Below are positions 50,601 to 60,242 of a DNA stretch of 64,000 nt, piece by piece. This stretch comes from an uncultured Pseudomonadota bacterium (GTDB taxonomy: Bacteria; Pseudomonadota; Alphaproteobacteria; JACZXZ01), in contig CAVVLJ010000016.1 in the NCBI GenBank assembly GCA_963749075.1, positions 1 through 64,000 on the forward strand. Direction: 5' to 3'. The notes under the pieces are model-generated. The model was given only the letters and a program-made list of their open reading frames with translations, did no database searches and had not been told where the DNA came from. The stretch's first letter is position 1. Each line of letters opens with the position of its first letter. A program made the position numbers and the translations under genes.

Positions 50601-51980
50601 ATGTCGCTCGCACTCCTCCAGCAGCAGGCCATGGCGCATTACAGCGCCGGCCGGTTGGACGCCGCCCTCGAGACCTGCCGCGATATCCTGACTACCGGCG
50701 GCGAGCGGCCCGACGTGCTGAGCTTCGCCGGCATGATCGCCGTCGAGCTCGGCGAGCTCGCGGAAGGGATCGCCTTCTACCGCAAGGCGCTGGCCTTGAG
50801 GCCCGCTTTCGCCGAGGCGCAGTACAATCTCGCGAACGCCCTCGACAAGGCGGGCGATCTCGCCGCCGCAGCCGAGGCCTATCGCGCAGCGCTCGCCCTG
50901 CGGCCCAATCTCGTGCCCGCACTCCACGGCCTCGCGAGCGCGCTCCAGCGGCTCGGAGAGACCGCGGAGGCGGTCGCCTGGTACGAGCGCGCGCTGGCAA
51001 CGCAGCCTTCGGCCGAGAGCGAGCGCAGCCTCGGCACCGCACTCCAAGAGCTCGGCCGCACGGCCGAGGCGGTCGCCGCCTTCCGCCGCGCGTTAGCCCT
51101 CCGCCCGGACTGGGCCCTCGCCCACAACAACCTCGTCTACGTCCTCTTCGAGCGCGGCGAGGTGGCGGAAGCGCTCGCCGCCTGCGAGCGCTGGCTCAGG
51201 GCGAGCCCGGGGAATATCGAGGCGATGGGCCTCAAGGCGATGGCGCTCAACGAGGAAGGCGATGTAGCGGGTGCCGCCGCAATCTACGATTTCGACCGCT
51301 TCGTCCAGGTGCACGACCTCGCAGGCCCGCCCAGCTACGCGAGCCTTGCCGCGTTCAATGCGGCACTCGTGCGCCACGTCGAGGCGCACCCCTCGCTCAA
51401 GGTGCCGCCCGAGGACCATCCCACCTACCACCACCCGGCGCTGCAGATCACGGGCGAGCTCCTGGCGGCACCCAAGGGGCCGATGGCGGTGCTCGAGATG
51501 CTGATGCGCCGCTCGATCGCCGCCTATCTCGCGAGTGTGGAGCGCGAGCCGCCGCACCCCTTCCTCGCGCACTTCCCCAAGCGCTGGCGCCTCACCTCCT
51601 GGGCGACGCGCCTGGCGGGCCGGGGCAACCTGGTGCCCCACGTCCACCTCGAGGGCTATATGGGCGGCGTCTACTACCCGCTCCTTCCCAACGTCGTCGC
51701 CGCGGCGGACCAGGGCGAGGCCGGCTGGTTCGAGCTCGGCCGCCCGCCCGCCGAGCTCCACCTCAAGGCGCCGCCGCGCGTCCGGCGCATCCAGCCCAAG
51801 GAGGGGCGCATGCTGCTCTTCCCGGGCTACATGTACCACAACACCGTGCCCTTCGCGTCCGAGGAGCGGCGCATCTCGATCGCCTTCGATCTGGTGGCGG
51901 TCACCTCTCCCTCTCCTCCTTCAGGAGGAGAGGGTCGGGGTGAGGAGGTGATTGGGCCAAGCGCACCGCAAGCGATATGA
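50601..51980 (+). CDS. TPR-repeat protein with C-terminal putative 2OG-Fe(II) oxygenase
   Basis: TPR repeats, then SW…G…PH.H..G..GVYY…LLFP.Y.YH.T.P…RISIAFD; the 3' end runs into a REP. Confidence 0.85.
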   Translation: MSLALLQQQAMAHYSAGRLDAALETCRDILTTGGERPDVLSFAGMIAVELGELAEGIAFYRKALALRPAFAEAQYNLANALDKAGDLAAAAEAYRAALALRPNLVPALHGLASALQRLGETAEAVAWYERALATQPSAESERSLGTALQELGRTAEAVAAFRRALALRPDWALAHNNLVYVLFERGEVAEALAACERWLRASPGNIEAMGLKAMALNEEGDVAGAAAIYDFDRFVQVHDLAGPPSYASLAAFNAALVRHVEAHPSLKVPPEDHPTYHHPALQITGELLAAPKGPMAVLEMLMRRSIAAYLASVEREPPHPFLAHFPKRWRLTSWATRLAGRGNLVPHVHLEGYMGGVYYPLLPNVVAAADQGEAGWFELGRPPAELHLKAPPRVRRIQPKEGRMLLFPGYMYHNTVPFASEERRISIAFDLVAVTSPSPPSGGEGRGEEVIGPSAPQAI

Positions 51981-52049
51981 GTTCGACCTCCTCACCCTCC
52001 CATCGCTTCGCGATGGGCCCCTCCCTCTCCTCCTGAAGGAGGAGAGGGG
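51909..52049. repeat. Inverted REP pair with inner CCCATCGCTTCGCGATGGG hairpin
   Basis: Near reverse complement of the 63723-63870 element. Confidence 0.8.
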
Positions 52050-52100
52050 ATAAGCAGGAGAGGGGAAATCGGCGCGCGAAAATGCTATATATCGTGGGCG

Positions 52101-54515
52101 ATGTCCGATCCCCTTTCCGAGCCCTCGAGCGACCCCTTCGCACTCCCCGAGGTCGAGCTGCCGGCGCCGGCGGGCGGCCGCACGGCGCGCCCCACGCCCT
52201 ACCTCGACGGGCTCAACGCGGCGCAACGCGAGGCGGTCGAGGCGACGGAGGGGCCGGTTCTCGTGCTGGCCGGTGCCGGCACCGGCAAGACGCGCGTGCT
52301 TACCACGCGCCTCGCCCATCTCCTCCACCAGGGCCTGGCGCGGCCCTGGGAGGTGCTGGCCGTCACCTTCACCAACAAGGCGGCGCGCGAGATGAAGGGG
52401 CGCATCGAGCGCCTCGTGGGCATGCCGGTCGAGCGTCTCTGGCTCGGCACCTTCCACGCCCTCGGCGCGCGCATCCTGCGCCGCCATGCCGAGCTCGCCG
52501 GCCTCAAGCCCAACTTCACGATTCTCGATGCCGACGACCAGCTGCGACTCGTGAAGCAGCTCCTCGAGGCCGAGGCGGTCGACGACAAGCGCTGGCCGGG
52601 GCGCGCCGTGCTCGCGGTCATCCAGCGCTGGAAGGACCGCGGGCTCACGCCCGAGCGCGTGCCGGCGGGCGAAGCGCCCGCCTTCTGGCGTGACGCAAAA
52701 GAAGGCGCCGCACGGGCGGCGCCGAGAGGCGAGGGCGGCGAGATGGCGGGCGGGCGCCTCCTCGAGCTCTACGCCCTCTACCAGGGGCGCCTCGCCACGC
52801 TCAACGCCTGCGACTTCGGCGACCTCCTGCTGCACTGCCTGACCATCTTCACCACGCACGCCGAGGTGCTCAAGGACTATCAGGAGCGCCTCAAATACAT
52901 CCTGGTCGACGAGTACCAGGACACCAACGTGGCGCAATATCTGTGGCTGCGCCTCTTGGCCCGGAAGCACAAGAACATCTGCTGCGTGGGCGACGACGAC
53001 CAGTCCGTCTACAGCTGGCGGGGTGCCGAGGTGGGAAACATCCTGCGCTTCGGCAAGGATTTCCCCGGCGCCCGCGTCATCCGCCTCGAGGAGAACTACC
53101 GCTCCTCCGGCCATATCCTGGCCGCCGCCTCGGGCCTCATCGCGCACAACGCGGGGCGGCTCGGCAAGACCCTCTGGACCCAGGGCGAGGACGGCGAGCG
53201 CCTCTCGGTGCGCGGCCTGTGGGACGGCGAGGCGGAGGCGCGCCTGGTGGCCGACGAGGTCGAGGCCCTGCAGCGCGCGGGCAGCGCCTTGGGCGAGATC
53301 GCCATCCTGGTGCGCGCCGGCTTCCAGACCCGCGAGTTCGAGGAGCGCTTCATCACCATCGGCGTGCCCTATCGGGTGGTGGGGGGCCTGCGCTTCTACG
53401 AGCGCCAGGAGATCCGCGACGCCATCGCCTATTTGCGCGTGATCGCCCAGCCCGCCGACGACCTCGCCTTCGAGCGCATCGTCAACGTCCCGCGCCGCGG
53501 CATCGGCAGCTCGACGCTGCAGGCCGTCCACCGGCTCTCGCGCGCGCAAGCGCTGCCGCTCGCCGCGGCGGCGCAGCGCCTCGCCGAGACCGACGAGCTC
53601 AAGCCCAAGGCGCGCACGGCCCTCGCCTCGCTGGGCGAGGACTTCGCGCGCTGGCGCGCCATGGCCGAGGCGCTCGGCCACGGCGAGCTCGCCGAGACGG
53701 TGCTCGACGAGTCGGGCTACACCGCCATGTGGCAGGCGGACAAATCGCCCGAGGCGCCGGGCCGGCTCGAGAACCTCAAGGAGCTCGTGCACGCGCTCGA
53801 GGAGTTCGAGAGCCTGGAGGGTTTCCTCGACCATGTGAGCCTCGTCATGGAGAACGAGGAGGCGGGCAGCCGCGACCAGCTCAGCCTGATGACGCTCCAT
53901 TCGGCCAAGGGCCTCGAGTTCGACTTCGTCTTCCTGCCCGGCTGGGAGGAGGGCCTCTTCCCCCATCAGCGCGCCCTCGAGGAGGGCGGCGTCGCCTCGC
54001 TCGAGGAGGAGCGCCGGCTCGCCTATGTCGGCCTCACGCGCGCGCGCCGGCGCGCCTATATCTCCTTCGCCGCCAACCGGCGCATCCATAACCAGTGGCA
54101 GAGCGCCATCCCGTCGCGCTTCATCGCCGAGCTGCCGGTCGAGCGCATCGACGTGGAGGCCGAGCCGGGGCTCTACGGCGGCTCGCACGGGGTGGGCCGG
54201 CCGGCGCCGGACGCCGCGCGCAATTACGGCTACGCGGGCGGCGCCGGCCACAGGGGAGGCGGCCACAGGGGAGGCGGCCACTGGGGAGGCGGCCACTGGG
54301 GAGGCGGCCAGCGGCAGCGCGGCCGCCTCATCGAGGGTGCGGCGGAGCGCCTTCTCGAGGAGCGGCGGGAGCGCCATTTCGCGGTCGGCGCGCGGGTCTT
54401 CCACCAGAAGTTCGGCACCGGCAGCGTGCTCGCGTCGGACGGCGACAAGCTCTCGGTCGCCTTCGATCACGCCGGCGAGAAGAAGGTCTTCGCGAGCTTC
54501 CTCGAGCCGGCGTGA
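52101..54515 (+). CDS. uvrD: UvrD/Rep/PcrA superfamily-1 DNA helicase
   Basis: LAGAGTGKT, TFTNKAA.EM, VDEYQDTN, VGDDDQS, LEENYRS, TLHSAKGLEF, EEERRLAYV.LTRA, C-terminal tudor-like domain. Confidence 0.95.
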   Translation: MSDPLSEPSSDPFALPEVELPAPAGGRTARPTPYLDGLNAAQREAVEATEGPVLVLAGAGTGKTRVLTTRLAHLLHQGLARPWEVLAVTFTNKAAREMKGRIERLVGMPVERLWLGTFHALGARILRRHAELAGLKPNFTILDADDQLRLVKQLLEAEAVDDKRWPGRAVLAVIQRWKDRGLTPERVPAGEAPAFWRDAKEGAARAAPRGEGGEMAGGRLLELYALYQGRLATLNACDFGDLLLHCLTIFTTHAEVLKDYQERLKYILVDEYQDTNVAQYLWLRLLARKHKNICCVGDDDQSVYSWRGAEVGNILRFGKDFPGARVIRLEENYRSSGHILAAASGLIAHNAGRLGKTLWTQGEDGERLSVRGLWDGEAEARLVADEVEALQRAGSALGEIAILVRAGFQTREFEERFITIGVPYRVVGGLRFYERQEIRDAIAYLRVIAQPADDLAFERIVNVPRRGIGSSTLQAVHRLSRAQALPLAAAAQRLAETDELKPKARTALASLGEDFARWRAMAEALGHGELAETVLDESGYTAMWQADKSPEAPGRLENLKELVHALEEFESLEGFLDHVSLVMENEEAGSRDQLSLMTLHSAKGLEFDFVFLPGWEEGLFPHQRALEEGGVASLEEERRLAYVGLTRARRRAYISFAANRRIHNQWQSAIPSRFIAELPVERIDVEAEPGLYGGSHGVGRPAPDAARNYGYAGGAGHRGGGHRGGGHWGGGHWGGGQRQRGRLIEGAAERLLEERRERHFAVGARVFHQKFGTGSVLASDGDKLSVAFDHAGEKKVFASFLEPA
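54246..54310 (+). repeat. 15-bp coding tandem repeat (GGCCAC[A/T]GGGGAGGC x4) in the uvrD linker
   Basis: Encodes GHRGG GHRGG GHWGG GHWGG. Confidence 0.9.
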
Positions 54516-54517
54516 GC

Positions 54518-55411
54518 ATGGCCGCTCGGCTCTGGCTTCTGGCCTTCGAGGTGGCCAAGGCGGGGGGCGGCGTCTTCGCCGATCTCGCGAGCCGCGTCAC
54601 CGACAATTTCACCGTCTTCGAGACGGCGTGCGGCGGCCACTGGCGCTTCGAGCTCCTGCTCGAGAGCGAGCCGGATCGCGTAGCGCTCGAGACGCGTGCA
54701 GCGCTCGCCGCGGCCGCCCTTGGCCTGCCGCCTCCCGTGCTCGAGAGTGCCGAGCTCGCGGAGAGGGATTGGCTCGCGGAGAACCGGCGCCAGTTCCCGC
54801 CCATGCGCGCCGGGCGATTTTTCGTCCATGGCTCCTTCTTCGCGGGCGCCGTGCCGCGCGGCTCCATCGCACTCGACCTCGACGCGGGTCTCGCCTTCGG
54901 CAGCGGCAGCCACGGCTCGACGCGCGGCTGCCTCCTCGCCATCGACCGCCTGGCGCGGCGCCGGCGCTTCCGCCGCCCGCTCGATCTCGGCTGCGGCTCG
55001 GGCATCCTGGCGCTCGCCATGGCCAAGCTGTGGCGCCGGCCGGTGGCGGCCGCCGATGCCGATCCGGTGGCGGTCGCCGTCGCCCGCGGCAATGCGCGGC
55101 GAAACGGCGTGCAGCGCCTGGTGCGGCCGCTCGTGAGCCGCGGGCTCGCCCAGCGCGCATTGCGCGGCGGCCGGCGCTACGATCTCATCGTCGCCAATAT
55201 CCTCGCGCGTCCGCTCGAGCGCCTGGCGCCGGCGCTCGTCCGCGCGTTGCGGCCCGGGGGCGTGCTCGTGCTCTCGGGCCTCCTTGCCGGAGAGCGTGCA
55301 GCGGTGCTCGCCGCCTACCGCACGCAGGGCGGCACCCTCGCCTGGCGCATGACGCTTGGCGATTGGGTGACGCTGGTATTGCAGAAAGCGGGGCCGCGCG
55401 GCGTTCGCTGA
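54518..55411 (+). CDS. prmA: Ribosomal protein L11 methyltransferase
   Basis: DW…P..AGRF, AGLAFG.G.H.ST, LDLGCGSGILA, YDLIVANILA.PL, LSGLL. Confidence 0.9.
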   Translation: MAARLWLLAFEVAKAGGGVFADLASRVTDNFTVFETACGGHWRFELLLESEPDRVALETRAALAAAALGLPPPVLESAELAERDWLAENRRQFPPMRAGRFFVHGSFFAGAVPRGSIALDLDAGLAFGSGSHGSTRGCLLAIDRLARRRRFRRPLDLGCGSGILALAMAKLWRRPVAAADADPVAVAVARGNARRNGVQRLVRPLVSRGLAQRALRGGRRYDLIVANILARPLERLAPALVRALRPGGVLVLSGLLAGERAAVLAAYRTQGGTLAWRMTLGDWVTLVLQKAGPRGVR

Positions 55412-55423
55412 CGGCAGCCCGCG

Positions 55424-56131
55424 TCAGAATTTCAGCTTCATATCGACGCCGAAATTGCTGCGGTCCCCGAGATAGCGGGTATCGGGCGCCGACTTCGTGT
55501 CGGGCGTGCGCAGCGGCTGGTTGAGCCTGGCGTCGAGCGTCAACATGCCCAGCTGGACGACGGCATCGATCCCCGGCGACGGGGTGAGGCGCAGGTCGTG
55601 GGGTGCCGAGATGCGCGCGTCGTAGGCGTTCGCGGGCGGCAGCCCGAGGAGCTCCAGCGAGGGGACGATGGTCATATTGCCGATCCGCGGCACCTCGAAG
55701 CGGACCGCCTTGGCGGCGCCGCCGTCCACCGTCACCGGCAACACAACCGGATCGGAAAAGGGCAGCGCCTCGGCCGGCAGTGCGCCCCTGGCCGGCGTCG
55801 AGGTCTGAACCTCGAGAATCAAGAGCGCCATCTCGTCTGCCGCCGCAACCGCAGGCTTGGGCGCCGGCACCGGCAGCGGCGGCTCCTCATTCCGCGCCAC
55901 GGGTGCTACGCTCGGCGCGGGCGGGGCGCTGGATGAGGCGATGGGGGCGAGGGGGAGGAACTCCAGCCAGAGCGCCTCGGCGCCGATGAGCTCCGTGCGC
56001 GCCGCGGCCGGGAGGGCAGGCTTGGCGACGGGCAACGGCGGGTCGTCGGGCATTACTACGCTCTCCGCCTGGCCACGAGCAGCCAGAACCGTGAGGCCCA
56101 ACGCCAAAGCCATATGGTGAATCCGGCGCAT
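55424..56131 (-). CDS. Hypothetical exported protein
   Basis: Signal-like N-terminus, Pro-rich linker, and a C-terminal alternating strand ending in F. Confidence 0.55.
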   Translation of the reverse strand: MRRIHHMALALGLTVLAARGQAESVVMPDDPPLPVAKPALPAAARTELIGAEALWLEFLPLAPIASSSAPPAPSVAPVARNEEPPLPVPAPKPAVAAADEMALLILEVQTSTPARGALPAEALPFSDPVVLPVTVDGGAAKAVRFEVPRIGNMTIVPSLELLGLPPANAYDARISAPHDLRLTPSPGIDAVVQLGMLTLDARLNQPLRTPDTKSAPDTRYLGDRSNFGVDMKLKF

Positions 56132-56252
56132 CCGCCGCGACCCCCCCTCTCCCCGTGTCTCAAATTTTAGTCATTTTGCCGATATATGCAAGTTCTGCGG
56201 GAGACAAAAGGGAGGAGGGGTCGTGCGCGGGCACGCCGCTCGGCGGGGAGGG

Positions 56253-56498
56253 TCAGGCTACGGCGGCGGGCTTGTTCTCGTTGGCGGCGGGGTGCCGGGT
56301 CATCTCGCCGGCAAGGATTCCCGGGATCTGGCTGCGGCTGATGCCGATGTCGGAGAGCATGTGGTCGTCGAGCGCCATCAGCTCGCTGTAGGCGGCCTCG
56401 CGGGCACGCCAGCTCGCGAGCGGCCTCAAGACCAAGCGATCAAGCAAGCGGCCGATACTGCGCGACACGGCGGGAAAGGCAACGATATTCGAGCTCAT
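56253..56498 (-). CDS. DUF1127 (YjiS-like) small protein
   Basis: WR.R..A..EL..LDDHML.DIGISR. Confidence 0.85.
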   Translation of the reverse strand: MSSNIVAFPAVSRSIGRLLDRLVLRPLASWRAREAAYSELMALDDHMLSDIGISRSQIPGILAGEMTRHPAANENKPAAVA

Positions 56499-56805
56499 CT
56501 CTTCTACGTCCTCTTCTAGGCTGACGCCTTGTGCGGCGTCGACGGGGTGCTAAAGGCTTGGGAGGGCCACCCCATTGCCCGTCCAGCAACAGACATAGGC
56601 TCGCGCGGGGCCGCTGGTCAGGGGAATTTGTGCAACGCAGCAATGCAATTAAATCATGTAACTCGTGTTATCAATGCGTCGGGCGCGTGACAGTTTGCCG
56701 CAGCCGGGTGCCGCAGGGGCAGCGCCCTGCCTCCCCTTGTCTCGCCTCGGGGCGCGGCCTAGCTTGAGTGCCGCCGCGCGAGCAAGCGCGGATCGAGGAG
56801 GTGCC

Positions 56806-58845
56806 GTGTCGCAGTGTCGAGCCGTCTACCAGGGCGACGAGGTGCTTCAGCAGCTCTTGGCCAAGCACGGGGCAGCCTCCGGGCCAGCGGAGGTGCGGGC
56901 TCTTCTCGAGGGCGTCATAGCGGCACCCGAGGCGGAAGATGCCGCTGGCTGGGTGACGCTCGTCGCCCCTGAGCCGAGCGGGGCGCTCACGGCGCAGCTT
57001 TTGGCGCTCGAGTCGCTGCTCCGCCGGGAGACCGAGGTGCGCGCCGCGCGGGAGCCGCCGCTCGCCGAGCGCCTGGCGCTCTTGCGGGCGGAGCTTGCGG
57101 CTCGCGGCCTCGCCGGCTTCGTGGTGCCGCGCGGCGACGAGCACCAGGGCGAGTATGTCCCGCAGCACTCCGAGCGCCTGGCCTGGCTCACCGGCTTCAC
57201 CGGCTCGGCCGGGGCGGCGGCGGTGCTGGCGGAGAGCGCGGCGATCTTCGTCGACGGGCGTTACACCCTTCAGGTACGCGACCAGGTCGCGGCGGAGCTC
57301 TGGGAGTTCCACCACCTCATCGAGAACCCGCCTGCGGCCTGGATCGCGGCACGGCTCGCGCCGGGTGCGGCCCTCGGCTACGACCCTTGGCTGCACACGC
57401 CGGCCGAGCGCGAGCGCTACGCCGCCGCGGCGGCCAAGGCGGGCGGGCGGCTCGTGCCATGCGAGGGCAATCCGGTCGATGCCGTGTGGTCAGCGCAGCC
57501 GGCGCCGCCCATAGCGCCGGTCGTGGCGCATCCCCTCGCTTATGCCGGCAAGGCCGCGGCGGAGAAACGCGCTGAGCTGGCGGCGGTTCTTGCCGAGGAG
57601 GGTGTCGCGGCGGCGGTGCTCACGGCACCCGACTCGATCGCCTGGCTCCTCAACGTCCGCGGCGGCGATGTGCCCCATACGCCGCTCCCCCTCTCTTTCG
57701 CGATCCTCGGCGCCGACGGCGCGGTCGAGCTCTTCTGCGATCCGCGCAAGCTGGCGCCCGGCCTCGGCAAGCATCTTGGCAATGGCGTGCGGGTGCGCCC
57801 GCGCGAGGAGCTGGCGGCCGCCCTCGATGCCCTGGGCCAGGCGCGCAAACGCGTCGCCGCGGACGCCAACAGCGCCGCCGCCTTCATCTTCGACCGCCTC
57901 GAGCGAGCCGGCGCCGAGATCGTGAAGGGCGCCGATCCCTGCGCGCTGCCCAAGGCATGCAAGAACGAGGTGGAGCTCGCCGGTGCGCGCGCCGCGCACC
58001 TGCGCGATGGTGCGGCGCTCACGCGCTTTCTCGCCTGGATCAAGGACGAGGCGGAGAAGGGCGGCATCAGGGAGAGTGCGGCTGCCGAGCGGCTCCATGA
58101 GCTGCGCCGCGAGGGCGAGCACTTCCGCGACCTCAGCTTCTCGACGATCGCCGGCTCGGGACCGAACGGCGCCATCGTGCACTACCGCGTGAGCGCCGCG
58201 AGCGACCGGACCATCCGGCCGGGCGAGCTCTTCCTCGTCGATTCGGGCGCCCAGTATCTCGACGGCACGACCAACGTCACGCGCACGCTCGCCATCGGCA
58301 CGCCGGCGCCCGAGATGCGCGAGCGCTTCACCCGCGTGCTCAAGGGCCACATCGCACTGGCCCTCGCGCGCTTTCCCGCCGGCACCACGGGCTCTCAGCT
58401 CGACGCTTTGGCGCGCAACGCCCTCTGGCAGGCCGGCCTCGATTACGACCACGGCACCGGCCACGGGGTGGGGAGCTATCTCGGCGTGCACGAGGGACCG
58501 CAGCGCATCTCCAAGATCCCCAACACCGTGGCGCTCAGGCCCGGCATGATCGTCTCGAACGAGCCGGGCTACTACAAGGCCGGCGCCTACGGCATCCGCA
58601 TCGAGAACCTGGTCGCCGTCGTCACGTCCGATGGCGCCCTGGCGGCCGAGCGTCCGATGCTCGCCTTCGAGACGCTCACCCTGGCGCCCATCGAGCGCGA
58701 TCTCGTGGCCCCGGAGCTCTTGTCGCGCGAGGAGACGGCCTGGCTCGATGCCTATCACGCCCGCGTCGCCGCGACCCTCGCCCCGCTCGTCGACGACGCC
58801 ACGCGGCGCTGGCTCGCCCAAGCGACGCGGCCCATCGGCGCCTAA
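56806..58845 (+). CDS. Aminopeptidase P (M24) with N-terminal extension
   Basis: DEHQGEY, TGFTGSAG, DGRY, GAIVHY, DSGAQY, HGTGHGVG..L.VHEGP, NEPGYY, GIRIEN; GTG start after GAGGAG. Confidence 0.92.
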   Translation: MSQCRAVYQGDEVLQQLLAKHGAASGPAEVRALLEGVIAAPEAEDAAGWVTLVAPEPSGALTAQLLALESLLRRETEVRAAREPPLAERLALLRAELAARGLAGFVVPRGDEHQGEYVPQHSERLAWLTGFTGSAGAAAVLAESAAIFVDGRYTLQVRDQVAAELWEFHHLIENPPAAWIAARLAPGAALGYDPWLHTPAERERYAAAAAKAGGRLVPCEGNPVDAVWSAQPAPPIAPVVAHPLAYAGKAAAEKRAELAAVLAEEGVAAAVLTAPDSIAWLLNVRGGDVPHTPLPLSFAILGADGAVELFCDPRKLAPGLGKHLGNGVRVRPREELAAALDALGQARKRVAADANSAAAFIFDRLERAGAEIVKGADPCALPKACKNEVELAGARAAHLRDGAALTRFLAWIKDEAEKGGIRESAAAERLHELRREGEHFRDLSFSTIAGSGPNGAIVHYRVSAASDRTIRPGELFLVDSGAQYLDGTTNVTRTLAIGTPAPEMRERFTRVLKGHIALALARFPAGTTGSQLDALARNALWQAGLDYDHGTGHGVGSYLGVHEGPQRISKIPNTVALRPGMIVSNEPGYYKAGAYGIRIENLVAVVTSDGALAAERPMLAFETLTLAPIERDLVAPELLSREETAWLDAYHARVAATLAPLVDDATRRWLAQATRPIGA

Positions 58846-58850
58846 AGTGC

Positions 58851-59765
58851 TCACACGGCGATGCGGTAGGCGCGCCGGGCGTTGTCGCTGAAGAGCTTGC
58901 GCCGCACCGCGAGCGGCAGGTCGGCGACGATGGCCTTGAAGCCGTCGAAGATGCGGGCGAAGCTCGCGCACAGGCCGTCGACCGGGAAGTTGCTGGCGAA
59001 CATGGCGCGGTCGGAGCCGAAGATGTCGATCGCCGCGCGCACGATCGGACGGTTGTCCTCGACCGTCCAGGGCCTGCCCGCCTGCCCGAGGCCCGAGATC
59101 TTGACCCAGGTATTGGGCTCGGCCGCGAACGCCGCCATGGCCTCGCGCCACGCCGCGAGGCCGCTCTCGCTGCGGTCGCTCGGCAGGCCGGCGTGGTTGA
59201 GCACGATGGGGATCTCCGGGAAGTCGCGCGCCAGTGCCGCCGCCTCGTGGAGGTGCCAATAGGGCACCTGGAGCTCGTAATGGAAGCCGTAGGCCGCGAG
59301 CTTTTGGTAGCCGCGCCGCCAGCGCGGATCGCTCATCGAGCCGAAGGCGCCGGGCAAGATCTTGCCCGCCGAGGGTGCCGCCGCCGGCTTCTGGCGGATG
59401 CCGCGCACGAGGGGAAAGGCCGCGTGGCGGCGCAAGATACGCTCGATGTCCTGGCTCTCGAAGCGGGCATGGGCGATGACGGCGTTGGGGAAGCCGTGGC
59501 GCTCGGCGATCTCGTGCACGAAGCGAGTCTCCATGACCGGGTCGTCGCGCGCGGCTTCGGCTTCCATGTGCACCGTCGCCACCACGCGATGGCGTCCGGC
59601 GTCGCGGCGATAGTCGCACGCCAGGTAATTGCGGCGGAGCGGTGCCGAGCAGCCGTAGCGGGTCGCGCGGGGCGGGTCGCCGCTGAGCCAGGGATAGCTC
59701 AGGCGCCCGAGGTCCCACAGGTGATGATGCGCATCGACGATCTCGATCTCGGACACGGCATTCAC
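58851..59765 (-). CDS. Amidohydrolase family 2 protein
   Basis: DAHHHLWD, RGIR, LNHAG.P, VKISG, FASNFPVD, NA.R.Y. Confidence 0.9.
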   Translation of the reverse strand: MNAVSEIEIVDAHHHLWDLGRLSYPWLSGDPPRATRYGCSAPLRRNYLACDYRRDAGRHRVVATVHMEAEAARDDPVMETRFVHEIAERHGFPNAVIAHARFESQDIERILRRHAAFPLVRGIRQKPAAAPSAGKILPGAFGSMSDPRWRRGYQKLAAYGFHYELQVPYWHLHEAAALARDFPEIPIVLNHAGLPSDRSESGLAAWREAMAAFAAEPNTWVKISGLGQAGRPWTVEDNRPIVRAAIDIFGSDRAMFASNFPVDGLCASFARIFDGFKAIVADLPLAVRRKLFSDNARRAYRIAV

Positions 59766-59820
59766 CCGAGGCAGGGAACGGACGGGCGGCGCGCAAGGAG
59801 CATGGCGCTCCCCGCTCGAG

Positions 59821-59982
59821 CTATTCCAGCGCCGCCGCCGTCGAATGCACGCTCGGCGTGCCCGCCACGAGCTGGAGCACCGGCGCGCTCCGCCAGGAGA
59901 ATTCGAGGCCCGAGCACGCGGTGATCGCGATGAGCATGGCCGCCACCAGGATCCAGGAAGAGCAAAGATCGCGCTTGGTCAT
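59821..59982 (-). CDS. Possible small lipoprotein
   Basis: MTKRD…ILVAAMLIAITAC lipobox-like, with GGAGG upstream; weak. Confidence 0.3.
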   Translation of the reverse strand: MTKRDLCSSWILVAAMLIAITACSGLEFSWRSAPVLQLVAGTPSVHSTAAALE

Positions 59983-60242
59983 GGCCGTTGTCCCCGTTGG
60001 GGCCTCCTCCGAGCTCGCGGCCGCAGGAGGCATTTGATCGTGAGTGGCAGGCTAACGCTCTTCCGGCCGGCCAGCTATGACGGGCATCACATGGTGCGCC
60101 GTGACCGCCGTCACCGCGCGGGGCGGGCGCAGAATAGGCTCAATAATTTCCCGGAGGCGCGCTATTGTCGCGCCGGCGCCGCAGCACGCAATGCCCTCGG
60201 CTCGGCGGCGCCCGGCGAAGGGCGGGGCAGGGGAGGCACGAG

